NCBI GenBank assembly: GCA_963841435.1
Contig: CAWJCS010000005.1
Coordinates: forward strand, 1,728,001 to 1,792,000
DNA: 64,000 nucleotides
Source of the DNA: an uncultured delta proteobacterium
GTDB lineage: Bacteria > Myxococcota_A > Polyangia > Polyangiales > Polyangiaceae
Direction: 5' to 3'
Numbering within the stretch: the stretch's first letter is position 1; the number at the start of each line of letters is the position of its first letter. The position numbers and the translations under genes are program-made. The notes under the pieces were generated by a model. The model saw only the letters and a list, made by a program, of their open reading frames with translations. It made no database searches and was not told the DNA's origin. This document shows, piece after piece, positions 1 to 10,120 of the stretch.

Positions 1-447
1 CTCGATTTCGTAAAGTACGAACACCGCGCGGAGCTCGAGCGGAAGCTCCGCGAGGATTGTATCGAGCAGCTCGCGAGCGCGGTGCTGATCGAGGGCTGCA
101 TCGGCGTCGATGCTCGCGTCGGCGAGCGCTTCGGGGTCCTCGAGCGGCTCGGGGCGGCGCGCCGCGGCGGCGCGCCATTTGGCAACGACGTTGAGCGCCG
201 TGCCGTACAGGAACGCCCGCTCGCTGCCCCGCGCGATCGCGTCGATGCGACGCGCCGCAACGAGGAAGACCTGCTGCGCGGCGTCGTCGGCGTCGGTTGC
301 CGGGAGACCGAGGCGGCGCAGCAGACGCCAGACGTAGCGAAAGTGCGCGCGGACGAGGTCCGTCACCGCTCCGGGTGCTGGCGGCTCCGACACCGTTCGG
401 GCTGGCGCTGGTGGCACCCTGGGCTCATCCCTGCTCCTCGCCTCCAC
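1..447 (-). CDS. ECF (sigma-70 family) RNA polymerase sigma factor, 3' end outside window
   Basis: Not in the ORF track. Manual translation from GTG at 447 gives LVRAHFRYVWRLLRRLG-DADDAAQQVFL-ERAFLYGTALNV (region 2) and LAELPLELRAVFVLYEIE (start of region 4). Open to position 1. Confidence 0.9.
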   Translation of the reverse strand, partial: MEARSRDEPRVPPAPARTVSEPPAPGAVTDLVRAHFRYVWRLLRRLGLPATDADDAAQQVFLVAARRIDAIARGSERAFLYGTALNVVAKWRAAAARRPEPLEDPEALADASIDADAALDQHRARELLDTILAELPLELRAVFVLYEIE

Positions 448-449
448 GA

Positions 450-1598
450 TCACGGAAAGTGAAGCAGCAGACCGACCCGGAAGCCCGTGCCGACCGTCGG
501 GATCTCGAAAACGGTGGCCTTCGGGCGCTCGAAGACGAACGCGTGCCGCCTCAGCGGGAAAGCCAAAAACCCCTCTCCCTCGAGCTCGAACAGGCGCGTG
601 GGGGCGACGCGCAGCCGGCCAACGGCCCGTGCGTCCGCCCAGAAAATCGTCGATTGTCCGGGGCTCGGCAGCGTCGCGCTTTCGCGACCGTGACCCTCGA
701 GGGCGCCCAGCGTCACGGCGGCGCAGGGCTCGAGCGAGAGCAGGCCCGCGGCCGGCCACGCGAGCGGACAGGCCTCGGCGCTGCCGCCCCAGCCCCGAAA
801 GCTCGCCGAGCGCTGGTCAACCTCGATGGTCAACCGCCAGTGCGTCACGGCGACGCGACCCGAGGCGCTCGAATCGGACCGGCCCACCCGCAGGAGCACG
901 TCGATGCCGAGAGGCGTGCCGGGAGCAGCGTGCATCGGGCTTCCCGCGCCGAGGCCGACGGCGAACCTCCAGCGCGGCGCGACGGCCTGTCGCGGCGGGG
1001 TGGGGGCCGGGTTCGCAGGCGGTGGCGAGGGTGGCGAAGGCGGGCTCGGCTTCGGCTTCGGCCTCGGCTCCGGCGGGGGCGTGATGGCCGGTCCGCTCGG
1101 TGTCGTTTCGCGCTCGAGCTGGGCTTCGAGCGCGAGCGCCGTCACGAGCGCGATACCGGAAACGACTTCGTCGCACGTGGCGCCGGTGAGCGTCCGCGTG
1201 ATCGCCTCGCCGTGCACGTCAACGAAGTCGAGTCGGGCGAGGTACCCGACTTCGTCTTCTGCCACGGTGACGGTGACCTGGCGCGCGAGCTCACCGGGAG
1301 CGGCGGCGTGCGCGCTCGGCACGCGCGCCGTGACCCGCGCGAAATAGGCGTCCTGGTCCGGACAGCCCGGGCGCGCGGAGTAGCTCACTCGCACGGCCTC
1401 GCTCGCGGCGGGCGTCGGAGACGGTGCCGCGCTCGAGGCGGGCCCTGGCGGCGCGATGGGCGCTGCCGCGGGCAATTCGGGCTCGGCGAAGCCGAGCCGC
1501 GTCAGGGCCGTGACCCCGACTCCCAGCAGGATGCCGCGCCCGCTCAGCGCACGTCGAGTGGAGCCGGGCAACTCGACCTCAGGCGGCAGGCGCCGCAC
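450..1598 (-). CDS. Exported Pro-rich hypothetical protein with possible C-terminal beta-barrel, co-oriented upstream of the ECF sigma
   Basis: Signal-like N-terminus, Cys pair (CPD...CDE), Pro-rich linker, amphipathic C-terminal strands ending LLLHFP. Start uncertain; annotated start overlaps the PLD gene. Confidence 0.6.
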   Translation of the reverse strand: MRRLPPEVELPGSTRRALSGRGILLGVGVTALTRLGFAEPELPAAAPIAPPGPASSAAPSPTPAASEAVRVSYSARPGCPDQDAYFARVTARVPSAHAAAPGELARQVTVTVAEDEVGYLARLDFVDVHGEAITRTLTGATCDEVVSGIALVTALALEAQLERETTPSGPAITPPPEPRPKPKPSPPSPPSPPPANPAPTPPRQAVAPRWRFAVGLGAGSPMHAAPGTPLGIDVLLRVGRSDSSASGRVAVTHWRLTIEVDQRSASFRGWGGSAEACPLAWPAAGLLSLEPCAAVTLGALEGHGRESATLPSPGQSTIFWADARAVGRLRVAPTRLFELEGEGFLAFPLRRHAFVFERPKATVFEIPTVGTGFRVGLLLHFP

Positions 1599-2158
1599 TC
1601 GCGGCCCGACCAGATGCGGTCGAAGCGCGCCTGTGTGGCGTCGAGCAGCACGTCGTCGTCGGTGGACAAGCCAAGCTCGAAGTTGCGCCGCCCGTCGCCC
1701 TTCGCGCCGAGCCCCGCTCCCGTGAAGTTCGCGCTGCCAAGATAGAGATAGCCGCCGTCCACCACGATGAGCTTGAGGTGCACGCGCGGGCAGTGCCTGA
1801 GCTCGAAGCCCGGCGCGCGAAGGGCGCGGCGGCGCCGGAGCGACTCACGAAAGGGCCGCGACGGCAACGCACCGTGCAAAATGCGCACCTCCACGCCTCG
1901 CGCGACGAGCTCCTCGAAGCGCTCGGTCATCGACAGGTATTGCCCCCGTGCCCTCGCCCGGGTGCCGATGGGTGCTTCGACGTGCACGTCCTTGACGTTC
2001 GCCGTGGCAATCCAGACGGACACGCGGGCGTTGCCGATCGCTCGGAGGATGACCGCGTCGTAGTGCTCGCGGTCCTGGATGAGCTCGACGGCCGCCTTGC
2101 GCGCCGCTGGCCCCGGCAGCGCCGGAAGGACCGCCAGGGCGCGCGCACGGACTCCCAC
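1544..2158 (-). CDS. Phospholipase D/Nuc-like protein with a single HKD motif
   Basis: VHLKLIVVDGGYLYLGSANFT...NFELG motif. Start estimated at GTG 2158 because the upstream ORF extension is antisense to the next gene. Confidence 0.85.
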   Translation of the reverse strand: MGVRARALAVLPALPGPAARKAAVELIQDREHYDAVILRAIGNARVSVWIATANVKDVHVEAPIGTRARARGQYLSMTERFEELVARGVEVRILHGALPSRPFRESLRRRRALRAPGFELRHCPRVHLKLIVVDGGYLYLGSANFTGAGLGAKGDGRRNFELGLSTDDDVLLDATQARFDRIWSGRECGACRLRSSCPAPLDVR

Positions 2159-2303
2159 GTCGCGAACGATACCGACCGGCGAGCCGCCGCACCAAGTTCG
2201 TGACAGTCGGGCGGTCACCGTGGGAAGAGGGGCTGCCTGGGCGGCGTAGGTTTGCCCGGGCGACGCCGTCATGCGTCGCGCGGTCTCTAAAGTGGAGGTA
2301 CGG

Positions 2304-2996
2304 ATGGCATCGCCCGAGGTCTTTCCGGTGGTGGTGGTGATGGTGGCGTGCGCGTCGGCCTGCTCGGCGCAGCACATGCAGGTTCCGCCCGAAATCGCGT
2401 CGCGCTCCGACGTGCTCGACGTGACGGACCGGAGCTCGTGGTCGGGAGCGCTCGTCAACGAAAGCTTCGAGCTAGGCCCGTACGCGATCAGTGACGTCGA
2501 TCGCAAATGGGATTCGAGCTCGGGTTTTTCGATCGGCAGCGTGTCACACGAGACCTCGGAAGGCGGCTACGCGTACGCGCTCGAGGGCGGTGGCCCGAAG
2601 CAGGTCGGCCACTGCATGACGGGCAAACGCGACACGGGCATCGGCCTCGGCAACGGCCTCGGTCTCGAGTTTCAGTTCTCCAAGCTCGCCTGCCAGTGCG
2701 AGGCGGGTGGCAAGCAGGCAACCGTGACGGTCGAGAGCCGCGACGGCACCTACGCCGGCGCGGTGACGACCTCGGGCGGCACCTACCAGATAAAAAGCGT
2801 GCACGAGCTCGAGGGCGGCGGGAGCACGGGCAAGCCCAGCGGCTATCGCATGGACGGTGACCGCGCCGTGGGCGCCGCCGAGGTGACGCACCCGGGCAGG
2901 GTCTGGCTCGACAAAGCGCTCGAGACGAACGAGCGACGCGAGGTGGCGTGCCTGTTCGCGGGGCTCATGTTGTACAAGCCCAAAGACAGCGAGTGA
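2304..2996 (+). CDS. Hypothetical lipoprotein
   Basis: GGAGG just before ATG 2304; hydrophobic stretch followed by ASAC lipobox-like motif. Confidence 0.65.
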   Translation: MASPEVFPVVVVMVACASACSAQHMQVPPEIASRSDVLDVTDRSSWSGALVNESFELGPYAISDVDRKWDSSSGFSIGSVSHETSEGGYAYALEGGGPKQVGHCMTGKRDTGIGLGNGLGLEFQFSKLACQCEAGGKQATVTVESRDGTYAGAVTTSGGTYQIKSVHELEGGGSTGKPSGYRMDGDRAVGAAEVTHPGRVWLDKALETNERREVACLFAGLMLYKPKDSE

Positions 2997-3032
2997 GTCG
3001 CTGCGCCGGCACCCCGGCGGACGGGCAGCGGG

Positions 3033-3971
3033 TCAGGGACCAATACCCTCGCGCACGTCCTTGTCGGAGGCATGCTCGAGCGCGTCGATGGCCTTCTCGA
3101 CTTCGGCGGATTCGCTCTCGGGCAGCTTGATCTCGAAGCGCACGTACAGATCGCCTTGCTGGTTCTGGCGCTTGACACCCTTGCCCTTGAGTCTCGCCAC
3201 CTGCCCGCTCTGCGCGTGCTTTGGCACGGTGAGCGTGACCGAGCCCTCGATGGTCGGCACCCTCACTTTCGCGCCTCGATAGGCCTCAGCCGCGGTCACG
3301 GGCAAGTCCAGGTAGAGGTCGAGCCCGTCGCGCTCGAAGTAGCGATGGGGCGCCACGCGGATCGTGAGCATGAGGTCGCCCGGCGCGCCGCCGAAGGGTC
3401 CCGGGGCGCCGTGGCCCGCGATGCGCACGCGATCGCCGTCGCCGGCGCCGGGCGGGACGCGCACCTTGACCTCCTCGCCGCCGTCTTGCACCCGCAACCT
3501 GAGCTCCGCGCCGCGGATGGCGGAGAGGAAATCGACGGTCACCTCGCTCGCGAGGTCGGCGCCCTTGGCGCTCGCGCCGCGCCGCCGGCCGCCGCCGCCG
3601 CCGAATAGGTCGCCCAGCATGTCGCCGATGCCGCCCGAGCCGCCGCCCCCGCCGCCGAACAGTTCCTCGATGCTCGGGCCGCCGCTGTGGCGCACCCGAC
3701 CGCCCCGTGTCGCCGAGCGGTAGGCACGCGCCGCGTTGGCGTCGAACCCCTCGCGGAGGCCGTCCTCGCCGAATTCGTCGTAGAGCTTGCGCTTCTCGGG
3801 ATCGCCGAGCACCTGGTTCGCGCGATTGACGAGCTTGAAGCGTGCTTCCGCCTTCTTGTCGCCCGCGTGCTTGTCGGGATGCAACTGGGAGGCGAGCTTG
3901 CGATACGCCTTCTTGATCTCGTCGGCGCTCGCCGTCCGAGAAACACCGAGCTCCTTGTAGTAGTCCGCCAT
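3033..3971 (-). CDS. DnaJ-class co-chaperone without zinc finger (CbpA/class B type)
   Basis: J-domain with HPD, G/F-rich linker, DnaJ C-terminal domains (GDLMLTI, GDLYVRF), no CxxCxGxG repeats. Confidence 0.93.
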   Translation of the reverse strand: MADYYKELGVSRTASADEIKKAYRKLASQLHPDKHAGDKKAEARFKLVNRANQVLGDPEKRKLYDEFGEDGLREGFDANAARAYRSATRGGRVRHSGGPSIEELFGGGGGGSGGIGDMLGDLFGGGGGRRRGASAKGADLASEVTVDFLSAIRGAELRLRVQDGGEEVKVRVPPGAGDGDRVRIAGHGAPGPFGGAPGDLMLTIRVAPHRYFERDGLDLYLDLPVTAAEAYRGAKVRVPTIEGSVTLTVPKHAQSGQVARLKGKGVKRQNQQGDLYVRFEIKLPESESAEVEKAIDALEHASDKDVREGIGP

Positions 3972-4010
3972 GCTTTGATTCCGATCAGCGTAACCACCCG
4001 AGAGCGGGTT

Positions 4011-4841
4011 TCAACGGCTTGCCACCCGGCAGGAAACCACGACCGAGTCGGTCAGGTGGTCAGCGGGAGCATCGCCGAAATCCGCGTGAAAGCCGATCTC
4101 GGAGAAGCCGTTGTAGTGGAGCAGCGCCTCGACTTCGCGCGGGAAGAGCTGGCGGTGGGTGAGTGGAATGGTCCACGGGTCGCCGTGCTCGGGGCTGAAG
4201 CGTGTCGTCACGAGCAGCAGCTGGCGGACGGGATCGTACTCGAAGCGCTCGTCGTAGCGCACGAGGTCGCCCGTGCTGGGGTGGCGGATGCGCGGCGCGC
4301 CGAACCACCTGTCGGGGTCGCGCGAGAGATCGGCCGCCGACGGCAACGAGAAGTCGAAGACGAACTGCCCGCGGGGCGCGAGGTGCTCGCGGACGCGGCT
4401 GAAGAAGTCCTCGAAGTCGTCGCGTTCGTACAGATGCAGCACGGCATTGAACGGCGCGATGACGAGCGCGAACCTTCGCCCGAGCTCGAGCGTTCGCATG
4501 TCACCGTGATGGAAGCGCACTCGCTCGCGCACCGGCCCCGGCAGCTTTTGGAGCCGCACCGCGAGGTCGTCGAGCATGGCGCGCGACAGGTCGACGCCCT
4601 CGACGTGGACACCCGCCTGAGCAATGGCGAGCGCGACGCGCCCGTTGCCCACGCCGTACTCGAGCACGGGTCCGCCCGACGCCCTCGACGTGCGCACGTA
4701 GTAGTCGACATCGTGTCGGCGATTGCCGTACGTCTTCGTGTAGTAGGCGGGGTCGGAGTAGTGCGCGAGCGCACCAGCGTCGCCGGCCCGGCCGAGGTCG
4801 CCGAGCAACGCGGGGAATGGGGCGGCCGGCGGGCGCGTCAC
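4011..4841 (-). CDS. Class I SAM-dependent methyltransferase
   Basis: VLEYGVGNGR motif I, GVDLS, HGDMR, post-II FALVIAPFN. Start estimated. Confidence 0.88.
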   Translation of the reverse strand: MTRPPAAPFPALLGDLGRAGDAGALAHYSDPAYYTKTYGNRRHDVDYYVRTSRASGGPVLEYGVGNGRVALAIAQAGVHVEGVDLSRAMLDDLAVRLQKLPGPVRERVRFHHGDMRTLELGRRFALVIAPFNAVLHLYERDDFEDFFSRVREHLAPRGQFVFDFSLPSAADLSRDPDRWFGAPRIRHPSTGDLVRYDERFEYDPVRQLLLVTTRFSPEHGDPWTIPLTHRQLFPREVEALLHYNGFSEIGFHADFGDAPADHLTDSVVVSCRVASR

Positions 4842-4854
4842 GACGACGCGCCCG

Positions 4855-5094
4855 TCAGGGATGCAGCCGCGCCACTTCTTCGATGTATTCCTGGACGGCC
4901 TCGATCGAGGGGCGGTGGTACCGCACGCGGCCGGCAGCGATCTCACGCAAGCTGATCACCGGCGCCTTGTTCTTGGCGTTGACGAGCTGCGGAGCACCCT
5001 TCATGAGCGACCGGGCACGCGATGCAGCGAGCACGACGAGCGCGAAGCGGTTCTCTTCCTTTTCCAGGCAATCTTCGACGGTGACACGGGCCAT
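4855..5094 (-). CDS. rpoZ: DNA-directed RNA polymerase subunit omega
   Basis: [10 protein letters not shown]...[14 protein letters not shown]...[13 protein letters not shown] signature; ATG at 5094, 79 aa. Confidence 0.97.
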   Translation of the reverse strand: MARVTVEDCLEKEENRFALVVLAASRARSLMKGAPQLVNAKNKAPVISLREIAAGRVRYHRPSIEAVQEYIEEVARLHP

Positions 5095-5319
5095 TGGGGG
5101 GCCGAAAGCTAGTCCCCGGTCCCCGGTCACGCAAGCGATGGCCCGACGGGGCGGTTCTCGACCCCGGAAAGCCCACGAAACCCGGGAAATCCGGGCGGGA
5201 GCGCTGCGCACCACACCCGCCCGGCCACACTGGGCCGCCCGTGCGTCACCCCGCGGCGCGACCCGCGCGGCGGCCTCGCCGAGGCGCCGTGCCGCTCGCG
5301 GCGGCGGGCGGCATGGCGC

Positions 5320-6159
5320 GTGCTTCGTGGATCGGTCGTGCGCTGGCTGACGACCCTCGTCTTTTCTCTCGGTGGCTCCGGGTGCCTGCCGTTCGTGGTG
5401 CCGCCCGCGAAGCTGAGCGTTGGCGCGGGCCCCGCCGTGGGCAGCATCCCGCGCACCTCGGGTACGCTCGAGCCGCGGAGCGTCACGACCCTGCGCGCGG
5501 GGTTGCACCCGCTCCAGCTCGTCGAGGGCGCGTCGCGTCGAGCATTCGACCTAGGGCTCGGCTACGGCGGCGATTTCGTGTTCGGGCGCGCGCCCGAGCA
5601 CTACGACGAGCGCGCGGTGGCGCACGGCCCCTACCTCGAAGGCGCCTACTACCCGGTCCGATTGCCCGTGGGCTCGACCTCGACGTTTCGCTGGGGAGCG
5701 CGTGTGAACGCTGATCTGCTGTTCCTCGAGCCGCTCGACCTCCTGGGCTACGGCGCGATGGCGGCAACCGAAATCGAGCTTTCGGGCGATGCCAACGGCC
5801 CGTTCGCCGAGGCCGACGAGCAGGACGGGATTTTGGCGGGCGCCGCGATCGGCCAGTGGTCGATCGGCGCGTTTTTGGGCGGCGCGGTGCGAGCGTTTCC
5901 CGAGGCTCGCTACGGCGCGCTGACCGCGGGGATCAGCGTGCGGATCCCGTTCGCCTTCGGCGTGGCGTGCTGCGCCTGGTCGTGGGGGAGCGACGCGACG
6001 ACGACCGAGACCACGGAGCACTCCGAGCCTCACCATCACCACGCCGAGCCGGCGAAGTCCCCGCCCCCCGAGCGCGTCAGGGCCAAGCCGAAACGCGTCG
6101 AGGCTTCGCTGCCTCCGGAGCGCGTCAAGGCGACGCCGCGCGCCGTGGAAGATCGCTGA
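5320..6159 (+). CDS. Hypothetical lipoprotein / outer-membrane protein
   Basis: Signal peptide with GSGC lipobox-like motif, beta-strand-like core, C-terminal PPERV repeats. Confidence 0.55.
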   Translation: MLRGSVVRWLTTLVFSLGGSGCLPFVVPPAKLSVGAGPAVGSIPRTSGTLEPRSVTTLRAGLHPLQLVEGASRRAFDLGLGYGGDFVFGRAPEHYDERAVAHGPYLEGAYYPVRLPVGSTSTFRWGARVNADLLFLEPLDLLGYGAMAATEIELSGDANGPFAEADEQDGILAGAAIGQWSIGAFLGGAVRAFPEARYGALTAGISVRIPFAFGVACCAWSWGSDATTTETTEHSEPHHHHAEPAKSPPPERVRAKPKRVEASLPPERVKATPRAVEDR

Positions 6160-6195
6160 CCGCCGAGGCGCGCCGCTCGTTCCGAGCGGCGCATC

Positions 6196-7016
6196 GTGAG
6201 CGCGGACACGCTTTCCGACGTGCTCCACCACGTGCGCCTGTGCGGTGCGGTGTTCTTCGACATCGATGCGAGCGCACCGTGGGTTGCCGAGACGCCGCCC
6301 GCGCGGGCGGTAGCGCCCTACATCATGCCGGGCGCCGAGCACGTCATCGAGTACCACCTCGTGGTGTCCGGCACCTGCTACGGCCGCATCGCCGGAGATT
6401 CGCAGGTCGAGCTCACGGCGGGTGATCTCATCGTCTTTCCACAGGGTGATCCACACGTGATGTCGAGCTCCGCCGGCCTGCGCGCCAAGCCCGAGATCGA
6501 GATCCACCAGCGACCGCCGGGCGCGCTCCTGCCCATCGCCTTGCAGATGAATGGCGGCGGTGAGCGAGCCCAGGTGATTTGCGGTTTTCTCGGCTGCGAC
6601 GCGCGGCCGTCGCGAGCGGCTCGGCGCTCGCGTTGCTCACCCAGCTTGCACTCGCGGAGTCGAAGGGTCGGCGTGCGGGCAGCGAGTGCACGCTTTCGCG
6701 CCTGTGAGCTCCTGTTCATCGCGGCGGTCCGGCGCTACGTTCAACCTCTTGCCGCCGGGGCAGGACGGCTGGCTCGCGGGGCTGCGCGATCCACAGGTGG
6801 GTCGGGCGCTCGCGCTCCTGCACGAGCATCCGGCACGCGACTGGAGCCTCGAAAGTCAGCGGAGCGCCTGCGGGGCACGAGCGACAGCCTTTCGGAGATC
6901 GCCGAGCGCGCAGGCTACGGCTCCGAGTCGGCCCTCAGCCGTGCGTTCAAACGTCTCGTCGGCGTGGCGCCTGCCGTTTCCGCCAGTCGCCCCCTCGCCC
7001 CGCCCTCGACGCCTGA
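6196..7016 (+). pseudogene. Degraded AraC-family regulator (cupin + HTH)
   Basis: DTLSDVL...YHLVVSG...GDLIVFPQGDPH...ICGFLGCD cupin. GWLAGLRDPQVGRALALLHEHPARDWSLE lies in another frame. SLSEIAERAGYGSESALSRAFKRLVG is back in frame. The first HTH and a middle segment are absent. Confidence 0.75.
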
Positions 7017-7059
7017 AGCACCTTGCGATGGCGGCAGGGCCCGCCGATGCTTCCGCCCC

Positions 7060-7650
7060 ATGCCGGCTTCGAAAATGCGCTGTGCCTGGGCGGGCTCGGA
7101 CCCGCTCTACGTTCGCTATCACGACGAAGAGTGGGGTGTGCCCGTCGAGGACGACCGGCTGCTGTTCGAGTTTCTGGTGCTCGAGGGCGCGCAAGCGGGG
7201 CTTTCCTGGATCACGATTTTGAGAAAGCGCGCCGCCTACCGCAAGGCGTTTGCACGCTTCGACCCCAAGCGCGTCGCCCGCTTCGGCGCGAAGGACGTGA
7301 AGCGGCTGCTCGCCGATGCGGGCATCGTCCGGAACCGACTCAAGGTCGAGTCCGCCATCAAGAATGCGTCCGCCTTTCTCGAGGTCCAAGCCGAGTTCGG
7401 CACCTTCTCGGCGTACCAGTGGCGGTTCGTCGACGGGCGGCCGCTCGTCAACCGCCACCGCTCGATGAAGGAAGTCCCGGCACGGACGGCCATTTCGGAC
7501 GCGTTCAGCAAGGACCTTCGCGCGCGGGGGTTTTCCTTCGTGGGCTCGACCATCGTCTACGCCCACATGCAGGCCGTGGGCATGGTCAATGATCACGTCG
7601 TCGACTGCTTCCGGCATCGCGCGCTCGGTGGTGGGCGGCGGGCGCGCTGA
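7060..7650 (+). CDS. tag: DNA-3-methyladenine glycosylase I
   Basis: RCAW...YHDEEWG...LFEFLVLEGAQAGLSWITILRKR...GIVRNRLK...GFSFVGSTIVYAHMQAVGMVNDHVVDCF. Confidence 0.96.
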   Translation: MPASKMRCAWAGSDPLYVRYHDEEWGVPVEDDRLLFEFLVLEGAQAGLSWITILRKRAAYRKAFARFDPKRVARFGAKDVKRLLADAGIVRNRLKVESAIKNASAFLEVQAEFGTFSAYQWRFVDGRPLVNRHRSMKEVPARTAISDAFSKDLRARGFSFVGSTIVYAHMQAVGMVNDHVVDCFRHRALGGGRRAR

Positions 7651-7743
7651 GCGCTCCTTGCCGGAGGGCGACGCCCCGGGGCGCTGGCCTTTGATGACTC
7701 GGTCGCCTGGTGCTAGGATCGAATTTGGAGGACGGGTTTTCGC

Positions 7744-8148
7744 TTGCTTCGTCGCTATTGGCTGGTCATTTTGGTGGGCGCATCGTGCTCGGTTGCCTGC
7801 AACCTGAACGACGGCCCGGATTTGCCCGCCAATCCACCCCCCGCAACGGGCAGCGGCGCCGGTGGCACGGGCACCGGTGGCAGCGGCGGCTCGGGTGCGT
7901 CGAGCGGTACGGGCGCGGCTACGGGCGGCGGCGCCGGTAGCGGCGGTAGTGGCGGCACGCTGGCGACCGGTGGGTCTGCGGGTAGCGGTCAGTCGGCTGG
8001 CAACGGCGGTGCGAGCGGGAGCGGGACGGCGGGAGGCGCGGGCTCGGGCGGCCTCGGCGGCGAGCTCGGTGAGGGCGGCGCGAACGATGGGGGCGAAGGC
8101 GGCGAGGCCGGTGAGGCCGGGGCCACTTCGGGCACCGGCGGTCGCTGA
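7744..8148 (+). CDS. Short Gly-rich lipoprotein
   Basis: Signal peptide with SVAC lipobox followed by a Gly/Ser/Thr low-complexity tail. Confidence 0.55.
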   Translation: MLRRYWLVILVGASCSVACNLNDGPDLPANPPPATGSGAGGTGTGGSGGSGASSGTGAATGGGAGSGGSGGTLATGGSAGSGQSAGNGGASGSGTAGGAGSGGLGGELGEGGANDGGEGGEAGEAGATSGTGGR

Positions 8149-8171
8149 AGCGCGCCTTCGCGCGTCAACTG

Positions 8172-8960
8172 TCAGGCGGGCGACAGGAAGCGGCTCGCCA
8201 CCCAGCCTTCGACGTTGCCGTCCTCCGTGACGACATGAAGGTAGGTGCCGTGGCGCGCGACGGGCGTCACCCGGACACCGTTCGGTAGCGGGCTGCCCGG
8301 CACCGGATCGAACGACACCGCGGGCCCCTTGCGGACGTTGAGCAGCGCGCTCGTCACGAAGACCTCGGGTCCGTCGTCGGCGCGGCCGAACAGCCTGCCG
8401 CGCAGGGTTTCCATCGGGAAAGCCGGCCCCGGGTCGATCTTCCTGCCCGGCGCGATGTCGTCGTGGCCCACGACGTCTTTCAGGCGATAGGCGGCGACGA
8501 GCAGCGACGCGAGCTCTTCTACGGCGCTTAGCTGCGCTTCTTCGTACGCCGCCCAGTGCGTGTACGGCCCGCCGTTCTTGTGCGTGGCGTCGATCACGGG
8601 GCCATGCCACGGGCGCCCGTACACGTCGGTGGGCTGCCCGCTCACGAGCCGGAGCGGTCCGGGGTTCGCAATCTCGATGCCGAGCGAGAACTGATTGCAG
8701 CCGCTGCGCCCCGCCCACTGGCTCTTGCCGGCATGCCACGCCACCCGATCGAACGGGACGAGCTGCGTGAGCGAGCCGTCGATGTCGACGACGACGTGCG
8801 CCGACGCCGCGCGGACCTTCGACCGCAGCGCGGCGATCGCCGGGGCGGCGCTCGCCGTCGCCGTGTAGTGCATCACCAGGTAGTCGGCGCCGAGCGGGCC
8901 ACCCATGTTGGGCGTCGCCTCGAACGGAACGCCCTTTAGTCGATGCTCGACAATCTCCAT
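8172..8960 (-). CDS. N-acetylmuramoyl-L-alanine amidase (AmpD/amidase_2 type) with C-terminal SH3b domain
   Basis: VMHYTA, ASAHVVVD, AWHAGKS, SLGIEIAN, VGHDDIAPGRKIDPG; C-terminal LNVRKGP...GWVASRFL; GGAGG before ATG 8960. Confidence 0.93.
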   Translation of the reverse strand: MEIVEHRLKGVPFEATPNMGGPLGADYLVMHYTATASAAPAIAALRSKVRAASAHVVVDIDGSLTQLVPFDRVAWHAGKSQWAGRSGCNQFSLGIEIANPGPLRLVSGQPTDVYGRPWHGPVIDATHKNGGPYTHWAAYEEAQLSAVEELASLLVAAYRLKDVVGHDDIAPGRKIDPGPAFPMETLRGRLFGRADDGPEVFVTSALLNVRKGPAVSFDPVPGSPLPNGVRVTPVARHGTYLHVVTEDGNVEGWVASRFLSPA

Positions 8961-9121
8961 TTTGGCCTCCACGTCCCCACGCGTCCGGCGAGGGCCCCGT
9001 GCCCCGCGAGCGCGATCGAACCCATCATGCCACGAGACGCGACGACGGTTCCAGGCGGGGCCGCGCGCAGCCGAAGAACCTGGCAGCCATGGGCGGGCGC
9101 CTCGTGTTATTGACCCTCACC

Positions 9122-10120
9122 ATGCGACGCCGAGCCTTCGGCCTCACGCTGTTCAGCCTGGCCGCGCTCGCGTGCTCGAAACGAAGCGAAGGCGGCGCGC
9201 CCGACCGTCCCGCGCGCCTCCGCATCGCCGTGATCCCCAAGGGCACGACGCACGAGTTCTGGAAGAGCGTGCACGCCGGCGCCGTGAAGGCCGCGCGCGA
9301 GCTCGACTGCGACGTGATCTGGAAGGGGCCGCTCAAGGAAGACGACCTCAAGAGCCAGATTGACTTGGTGCAGAGTTTCACGGCGCAAAAGGTGTCGGGC
9401 ATTGCGCTCGCGCCCCTCAACGACAAGGCGCTCATCGCATCGGTGAATCAGGCCGAGCAGGCCGGCTCGCCCGTCGTGATCTTCGATTCGGCGCTCTCGG
9501 GCGGAAAAGTCGTGAGCTTCGTGGCGACCGACAATCGCGCCGCGGGGCGTCTCGCGGGTGATCGGCTTTCGGAGCTGCTCGGGGGCAAGGGCAAGGTCGT
9601 CGTCTTGCGCTATCAGGAGGGCTCGGCGAGCACGCACGAGCGCGAGGAGGGGTTTCTCGAGGCGGTCCGCGCTCACCCCGAGCTCAGCGTCGTGAGCGAC
9701 AATCAATACGGCGGCGCCACGACGGAGTCGGCGTTCTCGGCCGCCGAGAGCCTACTCTTGGCGAAGGACGCGGCGGGCGGGGGCGTCAACGGCCTCTTCG
9801 CTCCCAACGAGTCGACCACCTTCGGCGCACTGCTCGCCCTCGAGAAGACGAACCTCCAGGGCAAGCTTCGCTTCGTCGGCTTCGACGCCTCCGACAAGCT
9901 CGTCAGGGCCGTCGAGGCCGGCGCCATCGACGCGCTCGTCCTACAAAATCCCTTCAAGATGGGCTACCTCGCCGTCAAGGCGCTCGTCGACCACCTGCGT
10001 GGCAAGAAAGTGGAGCCGCGCACCGACACGGGCGCACAGGTCGTCGACAAAAAGAATCTCGCCGACCCGGCTGTGCGAGAGATCGTCAAGCCGGACCTCG
10101 CCAAGTGGTTGGGACCGTAG
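9122..10120 (+). CDS. Monosaccharide ABC transporter substrate-binding lipoprotein (RbsB-like)
   Basis: LAC lipobox; IAVIPKGTTHEFWKSVHAGA, VVIFDS, VATDN, FVGFD, QNPFKMGY. Confidence 0.93.
   Translation: MRRRAFGLTLFSLAALACSKRSEGGAPDRPARLRIAVIPKGTTHEFWKSVHAGAVKAARELDCDVIWKGPLKEDDLKSQIDLVQSFTAQKVSGIALAPLNDKALIASVNQAEQAGSPVVIFDSALSGGKVVSFVATDNRAAGRLAGDRLSELLGGKGKVVVLRYQEGSASTHEREEGFLEAVRAHPELSVVSDNQYGGATTESAFSAAESLLLAKDAAGGGVNGLFAPNESTTFGALLALEKTNLQGKLRFVGFDASDKLVRAVEAGAIDALVLQNPFKMGYLAVKALVDHLRGKKVEPRTDTGAQVVDKKNLADPAVREIVKPDLAKWLGP

Noticed and set aside
1544-2158. PLD nuclease as part of an anti-phage system
   Set aside because: No helicase, DNA methylase or other defence partner nearby; neighbours are housekeeping or exported proteins.
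6196-7650. Ada/AlkA-like AraC-glycosylase fusion protein
   Set aside because: The AraC part is cupin-type and broken, with no Ada Zn domain. Tag has its own start near 7060.
6856-8739. 627-aa minus-strand ORF
   Set aside because: Arg/Ala-rich off-frame read across three better-supported genes.
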